A stretch of 64,000 bases of DNA from assembly GCA_963749155.1 (NCBI GenBank), contig CAVVLO010000001.1, forward strand, positions 918,452-982,451. Reading direction: 5' to 3'. Positions 23,622 to 34,044 of the stretch are shown one piece after another. The notes under the pieces are model-generated. The model was not told where the DNA came from and did no database searches. It worked only from the letters and a program-made list of their open reading frames with translations. The translations under genes were made by a program, and so were the position numbers. Source of the stretch: an uncultured Armatimonadia bacterium. Its GTDB lineage: Bacteria > Armatimonadota > Zipacnadia > CAVVLO01. Positions within the stretch are counted from its first letter, which is position 1. Every line of letters starts with the position of its first letter.

Positions 23622-24362
23622 ATGGCCAGTGATACTGCTGCTGCAGAATCTACCAAAGCTCGCGAGAAGCTGATCGAGGAGAAAGTCTACCTCGTTGAGT
23701 ATGTCGTTGGGCGCATTATGGCTAGTCTTCCCTCTCATATTGAGCGGGACGACCTGGTCAGTGCGGGTATACTTGGGCTCATCCACGCGGTGGACCGATT
23801 CGACCCCGAACATGGAAGCAGGTTCGAAACTTATGCGATCAGTTGCATTCGCGGTGCAGTGCTCGAGCATCTGCGCGCCCAGGACTGGCTTCCACGTTCG
23901 CTTCGTTCCAAAGCCAGGCAGGTTATCCAGGCTGAAGCCGAGGTCACCGCGCGCCTGGGCCGGCCGGCTACAGGTAAGGAGATAGCCTTCGAATTGGGTT
24001 TGGCTTTACCTGCTTACGATGCGCTCCTGGCTGAACTTAGCAGGCTCACCGTCGTCTCTATTGAAGAGTTGCTTTTTGGCGATGAGCATCGCACGGGACG
24101 CGACTGGCTGGCTGATCGAGCCACCAACCAGCAACCGGACGATCTGGCCGAGCATCGAGATCTGGCTGACTGGCTTGCCAAGGCTCTGGACGAGCTCCCT
24201 GAGCGAGAAAGACTTGTTATCAGTCTTTACTATCATCAGGGACTCACCTTGCGAGAGGTAGGCAGCGTCTTCGATGTGAGCGAATCAAGAGCCTGTCAGC
24301 TTCACACTCAGGCTTTACTCAGGCTGAGGCGGATATTGAATCCTGAAGACAGAGGCGCTTGA
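23622..24362 (+). CDS. FliA/WhiG family (sigma-28) RNA polymerase sigma factor
   Basis: DDLVSAGILGLIHAVDRFDP, IRGAVLEHLRAQDWLPRS, VSESRACQLH. Confidence 0.9.
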   Translation: MASDTAAAESTKAREKLIEEKVYLVEYVVGRIMASLPSHIERDDLVSAGILGLIHAVDRFDPEHGSRFETYAISCIRGAVLEHLRAQDWLPRSLRSKARQVIQAEAEVTARLGRPATGKEIAFELGLALPAYDALLAELSRLTVVSIEELLFGDEHRTGRDWLADRATNQQPDDLAEHRDLADWLAKALDELPERERLVISLYYHQGLTLREVGSVFDVSESRACQLHTQALLRLRRILNPEDRGA

Positions 24363-24500
24363 AAAATCGCCAGGCCTCTCGCTTAGTCGAACTCAATGTG
24401 TTAAGATAGGCCCGCTCGGTCCGGGGTAGAAACCTGGCCCCGGGCTGGCGCGTGTCCCGCTTAGGCGGGCAAGCTCGAACGTCCAAAAGGAGAATCCGCA

Positions 24501-25526
24501 ATGGCAAGAAAGCTCTGCATCGCACTTCTCATTTTCGTGCCTTTCGCACTACTGGTGGCAGGCTGTGGGAAGGCCCCAGTCGCAATGGTGAATGGCCAGG
24601 CCATCACTCAGGAACAGGTCGCCGACATACTTATGAAGGATCCCCAGGCCAAGCAAGCCGTGGCCGAGCTTATCATCGAGCAGTTGCTTGATGCCAAAGC
24701 CAAAGAACTTAAAGTCACGGTTACGCCTGAAGAGGTAGACACAGAACTCGCCGACGCCGCTGAAAGCGCAGGCGGGATGGAGCAGTTCCTGGAAATGGTT
24801 AAGTCCAGGGGCCTCTCTGAGGAAGACCTGAAGAAGACCATCCGCAACAACCTGTTGTGGGAGAAAATCGCCACTAATGACGTCAAACTGACAGACGCCG
24901 ATGTCAAGAAGTGGTTTGAGACCAACCGGATGTTCCTCGATGAGCCCGCCAAGGCGGATATCTCCATCATCGTGACTCGCAGCAAGAAAGAAGCCGACTC
25001 AGTGCTGGCCAAGTTGAAGCAGGGCGCCGATTTTGCCACTACCGCCCAGCAGTCTTCAGAAGACCCTTCGGCCAAACAGGGTGGCGCTCTGGGTAGCCAG
25101 TCGCTCTACCAACTGCCCCCCGAGATCGCCAAGGCTGTTATGAAGATGAGCCCCGGCAGTCTCAGCCAGGTGATAGAAGTCAAGCCTCAGTATGGTGGCG
25201 CGGCCGAAGGGAGCACCAGCTTCTATATCGTGCAACTGCGTTCGATGACCCCTGAGAAGAAAGCGTCTCTGGATGATCCCAAGACCAAGGAAAAGGTCAC
25301 CCGGATGGCCAAGCGCGAGAAGGGTATGGCCGACGTCAATCCTCAGGAATACCTGAGCAAGGGCGCCAAGATCACCATCGTAGACGAGCGATTCAAGGAA
25401 CTCGAGGCTCAGTTCCAGTCCAAGGAACTGCTTGGTGACGATGCGGAGAAGGCTCCGGAAGGCGCGCCTGCTCCAACGCCAGCTCCGGCTCCTGCCCCAG
25501 CCCCTGCGCCAACTAATGGCGGCTAA
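24501..25526 (+). CDS. PrsA/SurA-like foldase lipoprotein (parvulin PPIase)
   Basis: Lipobox LVAGC, VAMVNG, GADFATTAQQSSED..GGALG, Pro-Ala C-terminal tail. Confidence 0.85.
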   Translation: MARKLCIALLIFVPFALLVAGCGKAPVAMVNGQAITQEQVADILMKDPQAKQAVAELIIEQLLDAKAKELKVTVTPEEVDTELADAAESAGGMEQFLEMVKSRGLSEEDLKKTIRNNLLWEKIATNDVKLTDADVKKWFETNRMFLDEPAKADISIIVTRSKKEADSVLAKLKQGADFATTAQQSSEDPSAKQGGALGSQSLYQLPPEIAKAVMKMSPGSLSQVIEVKPQYGGAAEGSTSFYIVQLRSMTPEKKASLDDPKTKEKVTRMAKREKGMADVNPQEYLSKGAKITIVDERFKELEAQFQSKELLGDDAEKAPEGAPAPTPAPAPAPAPAPTNGG

Positions 25527-25537
25527 GGGAGAACTGG

Positions 25538-26353
25538 ATGGCTGAGGCGGAGCGGTTTCCAGGCCTGGTGCAGCTCCAGGAGGTGTTGGAGCGTTTGCGC
25601 GCGCCCGAGGGTTGCCCCTGGGACCGCGAACAGACGCCCCATAGCATCAGACACAACCTGCTCGAAGAGGTCTACGAACTGCTCGAAGCCGTAGATGTGG
25701 ATTCGACAGGCGACCTGGAAGAAGAACTCGGTGACGTGCTGGTACAGGTGCTGTTTTATTGCCTCTTCTACTCAGAGGAGGGGCGCCTGACCCTCGATAC
25801 CGTAGCAGCCAAAGCTGCCGAAAAACTGATACGCAGGCATCCGCACGTGTTCGACCAGGTCGAAGTGGACGGGGTCGGACAGGTGCTTCGAAACTGGGAA
25901 GCCATCAAGCAACGCGAGCGCGAAGAGGCCGACACAGGCAAACGCTCTGTGCTGGATGGCGTACCAGCTGCTCTGCCCTCACTGGCCAGAGCTTACACAG
26001 TGCAAAAGAAGGCCGCCCGAGTCGGATTCGACTGGGACTCGCCAGAAGGTCCTCTGGACAAAATTGCAGAGGAATCTCGCGAGGTACTGGAACAACTCGA
26101 GTCGGGCGACCTTGATCAACAAGGCCTGGAAGAAGAAATCGGTGACCTCTTGTTCGCGCTGGTCAACTTCGCCAGGCATGTCCACGTAGAGCCTGAACAA
26201 GCCCTCCGAGGCGCAGTAGACAAGTTTTCGATGCGCTTCAAGGCAGTCGAAGAAAGCGCCAAGGCCAGCGGCAGGGCACTATCCACAATGACCCTTGCCG
26301 AGCTCGATGAACTGTGGGAGGCCTCCAAAAGGGGGCAAAATAATGCGACTTGA
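25538..26353 (+). CDS. mazG: Nucleoside triphosphate pyrophosphohydrolase MazG
   Basis: [34 protein letters not shown]. Confidence 0.95.
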   Translation: MAEAERFPGLVQLQEVLERLRAPEGCPWDREQTPHSIRHNLLEEVYELLEAVDVDSTGDLEEELGDVLVQVLFYCLFYSEEGRLTLDTVAAKAAEKLIRRHPHVFDQVEVDGVGQVLRNWEAIKQREREEADTGKRSVLDGVPAALPSLARAYTVQKKAARVGFDWDSPEGPLDKIAEESREVLEQLESGDLDQQGLEEEIGDLLFALVNFARHVHVEPEQALRGAVDKFSMRFKAVEESAKASGRALSTMTLAELDELWEASKRGQNNAT

Positions 26354-26592
26354 CAAGTTTTTAGCGGTCTCCAGGCTTATAAAACGCCGTACCATCGCCC
26401 AGCAGGCTTGTGATGCCGGACGCGTGCTGGTCAATGGCAATGCGGCCAAGTCCTCGCGCGACATCAAGCCCGGTGACGAATTGGAGATAGGCTTCGGCTA
26501 CCAAAGCCGTCCGAGTTCGGATCGAGCAAGTGCCGACAGGCAACGTTCGAAAAGAACAGGCCGAAGCCCTTTACACACCGCTCGCCACTTGA
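26343..26592 (+). CDS. S4-domain RNA-binding protein (YabO/HslR-like; frameshift near 26500)
   Basis: [28 protein letters not shown]; continues in another frame as [25 protein letters not shown]. Confidence 0.85.
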
Positions 26593-26706
26593 GATTAGCG
26601 CCCCGATAAGCTAAAATTGCCAGGCGGCCGGGTTGGCCGTTTGCTGTTTCTAGAGTCTTACTTGGGACAATTGGGGCCTTGCCCCGTAAATTAATCGAAT
26701 CAGGAG

Positions 26707-29385
26707 TTGGTACGTATGCCTGACGGCAGGAAATGGGTGTACTTGTTCAGCGAAGGCAACAAGGAGATGCGCGACCTTCTTGGTGGTAAGGGCAGCAACC
26801 TCGCCGAGATGACCAATGCAGGGCTTCCGGTACCTCAGGGCTTCACAATCACCACCGAAGCTTGCAACGAATATATTTCTCTTGGCAACAACTGGCCCGC
26901 TGGCTCCTGGGAACAGGCCGAAGTCGCGATGCAGAAGCTTCAGGAGATGACCGGCAAGCAGTTTGGCGATCCCGGTAATCCACTGCTTGTATCTGTCCGC
27001 TCAGGCGCGAAGTTCTCGATGCCGGGTATGATGGACACCGTGCTTAACCTGGGCCTCAATGACGCCACAGTCGAAGGCCTGGCCGAACTCACAGGCAATC
27101 CCCGCTTCGCTTATGACTCCTACAGGCGCTTCATTATGATGTTCGGCGACGTCGTCCTCAAGGTCGAGCGCGAACACTTCGAGAAGATCTTTGATGCCAA
27201 GAAGGCCGAGCGTGGTATTGAGCTCGATACCGAGCTTGCCGCTGAAGACCTCAAAGCTGTGGCAGAGCAGTTCAAGGCCCTTGTCGAGAAAGACACTGGC
27301 AAGCCCTTCCCGACCGACCCCTGGCAGCAGCTGAAGCTGGGCGCCGAGGCCGTGTTCGGTTCCTGGATGACCCCTCGCGCCTGCACCTACCGCAAGCTCG
27401 AGAATATCCCCGACAACCTGGGCACCGCTGTAAACGTGCAGCTGATGGTCTACGGGAATATGGGCGATGACTGCGGCACTGGCGTTGCTTTCACCCGCAA
27501 CCCCTCAACCGGCGAGCGGAAGCTCTACGGCGAGTTCCTGCAGAACGCTCAGGGCGAGGACGTCGTTGCGGGCACGCGCACCCCGCTGCACATCGACGAG
27601 CTTTCCAAGATTATGCCTGAGGTCTATACGCAGTTTGCCCAGTTGGCTGAACTGCTGGAGCGCCATTACCAGGATATGCAAGATCTCGAGTTCACCATCG
27701 AGAAGGGCAAGCTGTATATGCTGCAGACCCGCAACGGCAAGCGCACTGGTAGCGCTGCCATCAAGGTCGCGGTTGATATGGCGAAAGAGGGCCTTATCGA
27801 CAAAAAGACGGCCATTATGCGCGTCACCCCCTCACAGCTTGACCAGTTGCTGCACAAGCGCATCGATGTGGACCAGGCGCCCGTCTCAATTGCCAAGGGC
27901 CTGCCCGCCTCTCCAGGCGCCGCGCAGGGCATCGTAATCTTCGACTCGCACGAGGCTGCCGAAGTTGGGCAGACCGAAGCGGTCGTGCTGGTTCGCCCCG
28001 AGACCTCTCCAGATGACATCGCTGGCTTGCATGCGGCTCAGGGTACCCTGACCAGCCGCGGCGGTATGACCAGCCACGCCGCCGTTGTGGCTCGTGGTAT
28101 GGGCCGTCCCGCTGTAGTAGGTTGCGAGTCTCTCAACATCGATATGGAAAAGGAAGTCGTCACCACCAAAGATGGCTCCGCCACTTTCAAAAAGGGCGAT
28201 TTCATCACCGTGGACGGCAGTACTGGCCAGATCTATATCGGCGCCGTGCCGTTGATTGACCCCGTGATGAGCGAGGACTTCACCACGCTGCTCGCCTGGG
28301 CTGACGAACTCCGCAAGCTGGGCGTGCGCGCCAATGCAGATACTCCCGAAGACGCCAAAGTCGCCTTTGACTTCGGCGCCGAGGGTGTGGGCCTGTGCCG
28401 CACCGAGCATATGTTTATGGGCGAGGAGCGCCTTCCCGTCGTGCAGGGAATGATTATGGCCAGCGGCATCGAAGACCGCGCGCCCTTCCTCGAGCAGTTG
28501 CTCCCGATGCAGCGCAGCGACTTCGAAGGCATATTCAAGTCGATGGAAGGCCGTCCGGTCATCATCCGCCTGCTCGATCCGCCTCTGCACGAGTTCCTGC
28601 CCGATGAGGTCGAGCTTGTCGAGAAGATCACCGAGCTCCGTTGCAAGGGTGAGACAGGCGCAGAGTTCGAGAAGCTGCAGGCCATCCTTGAGCGCGTTCG
28701 CGCCCTCAAGGAGTTCAACCCGATGCTCGGTCTGCGTGGTTGCCGCCTCGGCATCACGATGCCCGACGTAAACGAGATGCAGGTCAAGGCCATCATCTCC
28801 GCGGCCTGCCGTGTGAAACAGGCTGGCGAACCGGTCAAGGTAGAGATAATGATCCCGCTTGTCGGCACCGTCGGCGAGCTCAAGCATGTCCGCGCTGACC
28901 TGGAGCGGATCGCCAAAGAGACAATGGCGTCCGAAGGCATCGAAGTCGAGTATATGTTCGGCACGATGATCGAGATCCCGCGCGCGGCGATTGTTGCCGC
29001 AAAGATCGCCGAAGATGCCGAGTTCTTCAGCTTCGGTACTAATGACCTGACGCAGACGACCTGGGGTTACAGCCGGGACGATGCCGAGGGCAAGTTCATC
29101 CACAAGTACCTCGAGATGGGCATCCTCGATGAGGATCCCTTCCAGGTGTTGGATGGCGAGGGCGTTGGCAAACTGATGCAGATGGCCAAGGAGGCAGGAC
29201 GTGCAACGCGTCCTGACCTTGAAGTGGGCATCTGTGGCGAGCATGGCGGCGATCCGAAGTCGATCACCTTCTGCCACAGCATCGGCCTGGACTATGTGAG
29301 CTGCTCGCCTTTCCGCGTGCCAATCGCGCGTCTGGCGGCCGCCCAGGCTGCCGTAGCCGAAGAAGTGAGTTACAGCAACGCCTGA
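26707..29385 (+). CDS. ppdK: Pyruvate, phosphate dikinase
   Basis: LLGGKGSNLAEM, GGMTSHAAVVARG, SFGTNDLTQ, GICGEHGG. Confidence 0.98.
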   Translation: MVRMPDGRKWVYLFSEGNKEMRDLLGGKGSNLAEMTNAGLPVPQGFTITTEACNEYISLGNNWPAGSWEQAEVAMQKLQEMTGKQFGDPGNPLLVSVRSGAKFSMPGMMDTVLNLGLNDATVEGLAELTGNPRFAYDSYRRFIMMFGDVVLKVEREHFEKIFDAKKAERGIELDTELAAEDLKAVAEQFKALVEKDTGKPFPTDPWQQLKLGAEAVFGSWMTPRACTYRKLENIPDNLGTAVNVQLMVYGNMGDDCGTGVAFTRNPSTGERKLYGEFLQNAQGEDVVAGTRTPLHIDELSKIMPEVYTQFAQLAELLERHYQDMQDLEFTIEKGKLYMLQTRNGKRTGSAAIKVAVDMAKEGLIDKKTAIMRVTPSQLDQLLHKRIDVDQAPVSIAKGLPASPGAAQGIVIFDSHEAAEVGQTEAVVLVRPETSPDDIAGLHAAQGTLTSRGGMTSHAAVVARGMGRPAVVGCESLNIDMEKEVVTTKDGSATFKKGDFITVDGSTGQIYIGAVPLIDPVMSEDFTTLLAWADELRKLGVRANADTPEDAKVAFDFGAEGVGLCRTEHMFMGEERLPVVQGMIMASGIEDRAPFLEQLLPMQRSDFEGIFKSMEGRPVIIRLLDPPLHEFLPDEVELVEKITELRCKGETGAEFEKLQAILERVRALKEFNPMLGLRGCRLGITMPDVNEMQVKAIISAACRVKQAGEPVKVEIMIPLVGTVGELKHVRADLERIAKETMASEGIEVEYMFGTMIEIPRAAIVAAKIAEDAEFFSFGTNDLTQTTWGYSRDDAEGKFIHKYLEMGILDEDPFQVLDGEGVGKLMQMAKEAGRATRPDLEVGICGEHGGDPKSITFCHSIGLDYVSCSPFRVPIARLAAAQAAVAEEVSYSNA

Positions 29386-29407
29386 GAGGGTTGCTTCCTG
29401 TGAATTA

Positions 29408-29444
29408 CAGAACCCGGGTTGGCAAGGCGCTGGCCCGGGTTCTG
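29408..29444 (+). terminator. Hairpin downstream of ppdK (probable terminator)
   Basis: CAGAACCCGGG...CCCGGGTTCTG inverted repeat. Confidence 0.55.
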
Positions 29445-29488
29445 CTTGACAGCCCCCTTTGGGTGCTGGGATAATCTGCACGACATGT

Positions 29489-29563
29489 TGGGGCGTGGCC
29501 AAGTTGGCAAGGCACAGGACTTTGGATCCTGTATCGCAGGTTCGAGTCCTGCCGCCCCAGCCA
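29489..29563 (+). tRNA. tRNA-Gln (TTG); probable island integration site
   Basis: TGGGGCG acceptor stem, CAGGACTTTGGATCCTG anticodon arm, 3' CCA; recombinase gene abuts its 3' end. Confidence 0.95.
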
Positions 29564-31132
29564 TCCTTGACGTTTTGCGCAACACGGTGCTCATCCGAGC
29601 CGGCATAGAGCTCGAACAGCACCGTTTTGTCTTTGCGGATGGTTATCCGCTTCACTAGAGCATCGACTAGCAGACCTCTCTCCTCTGCAGTGCAAAAGTC
29701 GAACAGTTCGGGCAACTGACCAAACAGCTCTTTTGCCTCTTCCAGGTTGCATGGCCTTGGTGCAGCCTCGCGAAGCCTGAGCTGCGCATCGGCCAGTTCA
29801 TGCTCGAGCTGCCTGAGGTTGCTCTCAAGGTTGGTCAGGCGTCCCTGAAGTCCGCTGCTGGTGAGTCCCTTCTCGATCGCCTGGTATACCTTCTCAAGCT
29901 TGTCGGCTACGTCGGTACGTCTACGCCGGAGTTTGTCTGCCTCTTGCCTTAGCGAGGCGGTCGATGCCTCCAACTCGTCGATCGATTCCTGGGCTGCCCT
30001 GGCCAGGGCCTCCTCGTCAGTCGACAGCTCTCCGCACGACCTTCATGAAGAGCTTGTCGAGCACCTCCCCATTGATGCGTCTGACATCGCACTCGATGCC
30101 CAGGTAGCGGCCGATGCGATAGCATTCATAGTAGGCTGTGAAGTTCTTCTTTCGGTTGGGGTGCCTGGTGGCCTTGGGTGACATCCTGCAACCGCAGTGG
30201 TCGCAGTAGACTTTACCAGCGAGCAGGAAGTCGTAGTCTACGTTCATCTCCGGCCGGTGGGAATGCTCTGCGAACAAGTTCTGGGCCAGTTCGAAGGTCT
30301 CGGGATCGATGAGGGCCGGGTGTGAGCCTTCGCAACGCAGGCCCGAGTAGTTGAGTTCGCCCAGGTAGATTCGATTCTGGAGAATGTAGGAGAGCTTCTG
30401 CTTGGACCAGTATCTGAGCGCAGGTCTGTCGGGATTAGTCTTCGTGCTCCAGTTACTTGGCTTGATCCCAAGCGCTACTAGCTTGTCTCGAGTAGCTGCC
30501 AGGCTACGCGTGCGCAGATACTCCTGGAAGATAAGCTTGAGGGTAGGCGCTTCGTTCTCGTCGGGCACCAGCCCGCTATTGCACACGTTGTATCCAAAGG
30601 GCGGCATGCCACCCGGCCACCTGCCTGCTCTCGCAAGAGCTATCATCTTGTCCCGGGTGCGCTCAGCTGTCATCTCACGCTCTAGCTCGGCAAAGGTCAT
30701 GGCAATGTTGCGCATCGCCTTGCCCATCGGATGCGAGGTGTCGAACTGGTCTTTAACCGCAACGAAGCTGACGCCATACTGCTCGAACCGGGCATCGAGC
30801 TGGACGAAGTCGGCAAGCGACCGGGTGATGCGATCGAGCTTGTAAGTCACCACCACGTCGAAGACGCCCTCCTCGGCATCGAGCAGCAAGCGCTGCAGGC
30901 CAGGGCGCCGGGTATTTTTGCCCGAGAAGCCTGCGTCCTCGTAGAAGCCTTGCAGTTCCCATTCAGGATGACTTGCGGTGATGAAGGCAGTTATGATGTC
31001 GCGCTGGGACTCGAGCGTGTTGTACTCGCCCCTGGTCTGGTCTTCGGTGGAGCAGCGCAGATAGCCCACGGCGCGACCCCTATGCACCTGTTCCTTGATT
31101 TTCATTTGCTTTTTTACTCGTCTACTGGACAT
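29564..31132 (-). CDS. Large serine recombinase 1 (frameshift near 30025; frame runs on into antisense tRNA-Gln)
   Basis: Catalytic GYLRCSTEDQ, YKLDRITR, GGMPPFGY, zinc ribbon CDHCG; coiled-coil C-terminus is the 5' part of ORF 27886-29973. Confidence 0.9.
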
Positions 31133-33469
31133 CGTCAGCTCTCTCCTCCTGGGTCACTTCTGGGTTCGCAGCCGGCAGGCCGATTTCCTGCACGCGCTCC
31201 AAGGCCGTCTTAAAGCTGTCCGCACCGAGGGCCTTCCAGAGCCGGTGTAGTGCAGAGTTCACGGCGACCTGACTAACCTTCCTGCGTTTGGCTATCTCGG
31301 GCTGGCTCAGCCCCTGTCGCAGCAGTTCCAGACACTGAAGCTGCAATTTGGTCGGCTTGCCGACTCCAAGTTGTTCTGCCAGGTCGCCCTCTGCAAGCTG
31401 ACGACAAGCGCGCACTAGCAGTTCGATTGAGGGTTCCTCTGGACTTAGCAAGCCAAGGTCGAGAGCCCTTGCAACTAGATGACCCACCTGATGGACTTTG
31501 AGCCTGGTGCTGGCCCTTTGTCTTCTGCCAGCCGCAGTAGCCTCGGGATAACCGTTGGCCAGGCCCTCCTGGCTGACAGTGAGCCCGGCGGCCAGGGCGC
31601 GAAGGGAAATCAGTTCTTTTTGGGTAAGTAGAGTCGGCTGCTGCTTTGGCTTGCTGCACGCGGCCTTCGAGGGGCAGCAAGTCGCGCCACTGAGCGATCA
31701 GGGAAGCAGCAAGCACCGCAGCCTCCCGCTCATTCTCGGCACCCATCGCGTCAATCGCCCGGTTTCGAAGAGTATTAACCGTGGAGCTAGACACCTGGAA
31801 TCGCTTGCGAATGGCTTTGTCGTTCAGGCCATCGGCTACCAGCGCCAGATAAGCCAGTTGGCGTCGGGTGATCCTGGCGCAGAATTTACCCTTTCGGATC
31901 CTGCGCCACTGGAACCCGATCGGTAGCATAAATCGCTGCTCGGGCAGGTATTTAAAGAGGACCCTGATACTCACTGCGCCTTGGGCAAGACCGACTTCGA
32001 CCCGCTCGATCAGCGCTTCGCAGAGGGCCCGTCTGCGCTCTGGGGAGGCCTCTTCCCAAAGCCGGGGCAGATCGGCAAGCAGGCCTTCAACCTTCGCGAA
32101 GTCCTCTTCAAGAGTCCGGCGACTATCTCCCACTGCCATAAGCTCACTCAGTCGGCGCTCAAGCTTGAAAGCCTGCTCATTTACCTGTCTATCGATAGAC
32201 TGAAGCAATTGTTCGCTGAGCGCGCCGTCAGTGTATTGCGCGGCAGCGGCATCTCGATGCTTCTGGAGTTTCGCCAGTTCATCTCGAACACGAGTCTCTT
32301 CGTTCCCGTTTGCATATTCTTTCTTAAACAAGCCAAGCGCAACGCGCCTGGCCTCCTCGAGCACCTCGGGCTTCGACGCATATTCCAATAGCAGGTCTCT
32401 GACACGCTGCTCGAGGAATTCGCCCCTCACGTAAGGTCTGGTCTCACAGTCTATATCGAGCTTTGGTCCTCTGCACCGGTAGCCATAATTCTTGCCCAGC
32501 CTGTGCACGAGCACCAGGCGACTTTTGCACTCGGCACACCAGGTCAGCCTGCCAAGCAAAGCCTCTGGACAACCGTGCGTTCGTCCAGAAAAGCGTCGTC
32601 TGGACCGGAGCAATTCCTGTATGCGAAAGAAAGTATTCGGGTCGACCAGCCGTTCATCCCAGTGAGCACCCTGTATATACTTTCCCTCGTGCGCGATCAG
32701 TCCAGCGTGCAGTGGATTCGTCAAGACCTTACTCACGGTATTTGCTCGCCAATAAGGTCCACCTTTCGGAGCGGGGATCCCCCTTGCCCGGATTTCTTTC
32801 GCAACCGCCTCCAGTCCGGAGCTTTGCTCATAGAGTTGGAAGATTAGTTTTACGACATCGGCCTCAGCCGGTTCTGCCACAATGCCTGGTCTTGCTCTAC
32901 TTGGTGTCATTAGGATCACCTACCGGTCCAGTGTTGCGCCAGCCATAGCCTGGCCTTCCTGTGGGATAGCCGTCTTCTCGTCGCTGGCGCATGGCCGACT
33001 TCACATTCTCGGCTCCGATATTGGCAAACAATTCTGCGGCTAGCGCCATGAAATGGGCTGCGAATTTGCCCATCGGGGTAGTCGTATCGAGACTGTCACT
33101 TACAGAAACCAGTGCTACACCAGACTCCTCTACACATTCATGAAAGAAATCGAGCCAGACCCGAGCATTGCGCCCCAATCTGTCGAGACGCCAGAAGGCT
33201 ACGACGTCGATTTCTCTGGCTTTCACAGCAGCCACCAGCGCAGCCAGTGCAGGCCTTAACCTGCGGGTCTGACCCGGCTTGTAGCCATACCGGCCCGATA
33301 TCCCCTCATCGGCAAACACCTGCAAGGTATAGCCATCAACTCTATACAGCCGATCGAGGTGCTGCCGGCAGGCGGTCTCCTGGGACTCGAGCGAATAGCC
33401 GGACTGCACCTGCTCCTCGGTCGAGACCCTTTTGTATAGTCCTACTCTGGGTCTTGTAAGGGGTTTCAT
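31122..33469 (-). CDS. Large serine recombinase 2 with C-terminal LuxR-type HTH repeats (frameshifts near 32920 and 31650)
   Basis: GLYKRVSTEEQ, WRLDRLGR, GRPGYGW, CAECK zinc ribbon; then ITRRQLAYLALVADGL..., LTQKELISLRALAAGL..., PTKLQLQCLELLRQGLSQPEIA... Confidence 0.85.
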
Positions 33470-33623
33470 TTCGTTGCTCCTTTACTGAGAATTTCTGCCC
33501 TTTATGGGCTTTCAAAACGTGTATCAGGTACTCCATGCCATCGACGTTATGCATTTCAATATATTATACATGAGTCGTACTGGTTTATAAAGTACTGCAC
33601 TTCTTATTAAACGTATTCTAAAC

Positions 33624-33809
33624 TCAGCACGAAGAATTACATAACTTATCCTCTGCTGAAGCCTGCTCCGGTGCGTCTTGATCGGACTCTTGCCCCGCGT
33701 TCGCTTTGGGATTTGTTATCGCCTCGTAGACCATAGTTGCGAGCAGCTGGGCGAAGGCATGCCTGCTCTGCTCAGGATCATCCGACTGTTGATGACTGGG
33801 TTGCTGCAT
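33624..33809 (-). CDS. Small hypothetical protein upstream of the recombinases
   Basis: 61-aa ORF co-oriented with the recombinases; no recognisable domain. Confidence 0.35.
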   Translation of the reverse strand: MQQPSHQQSDDPEQSRHAFAQLLATMVYEAITNPKANAGQESDQDAPEQASAEDKLCNSSC

Positions 33810-33960
33810 TTGGGCTCACCCCCTTCGCTGCCTGGCTTTGCTTTTGGCGCTGCTTTGCCCGGCGCAGCACCTCGAGTACCAGCGCATAACGCCGTACGAT
33901 ATCCGGGGTGTGGACGAGTATCAGACTTGCTGTGTATCGACCTTCTCTTTCCATCTGCAT
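33778..33960 (-). CDS. Small hypothetical protein
   Basis: 60-aa ORF overlapping the previous one; no recognisable domain. Confidence 0.35.
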   Translation of the reverse strand: MQMEREGRYTASLILVHTPDIVRRYALVLEVLRRAKQRQKQSQAAKGVSPNAATQSSTVG

Positions 33961-34044
33961 AATGTTTTCGTCCCCAGGCTTGACTTTCTATTTCTACTGT
34001 ATATGGTTAGTTGTGAGGCGACGGCGGGCTAGATTTTGGGCTAG

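Noticed and set aside
25455..25515. Short tandem repeat at the end of the PrsA-like gene
   Set aside because: Ordinary Pro-Ala low-complexity tail.
27886..29488. 695-aa minus-strand ORF as a genuine long protein
   Set aside because: Only its first ~135 aa are recombinase-like; the rest is the antisense frame of tRNA-Gln and ppdK.
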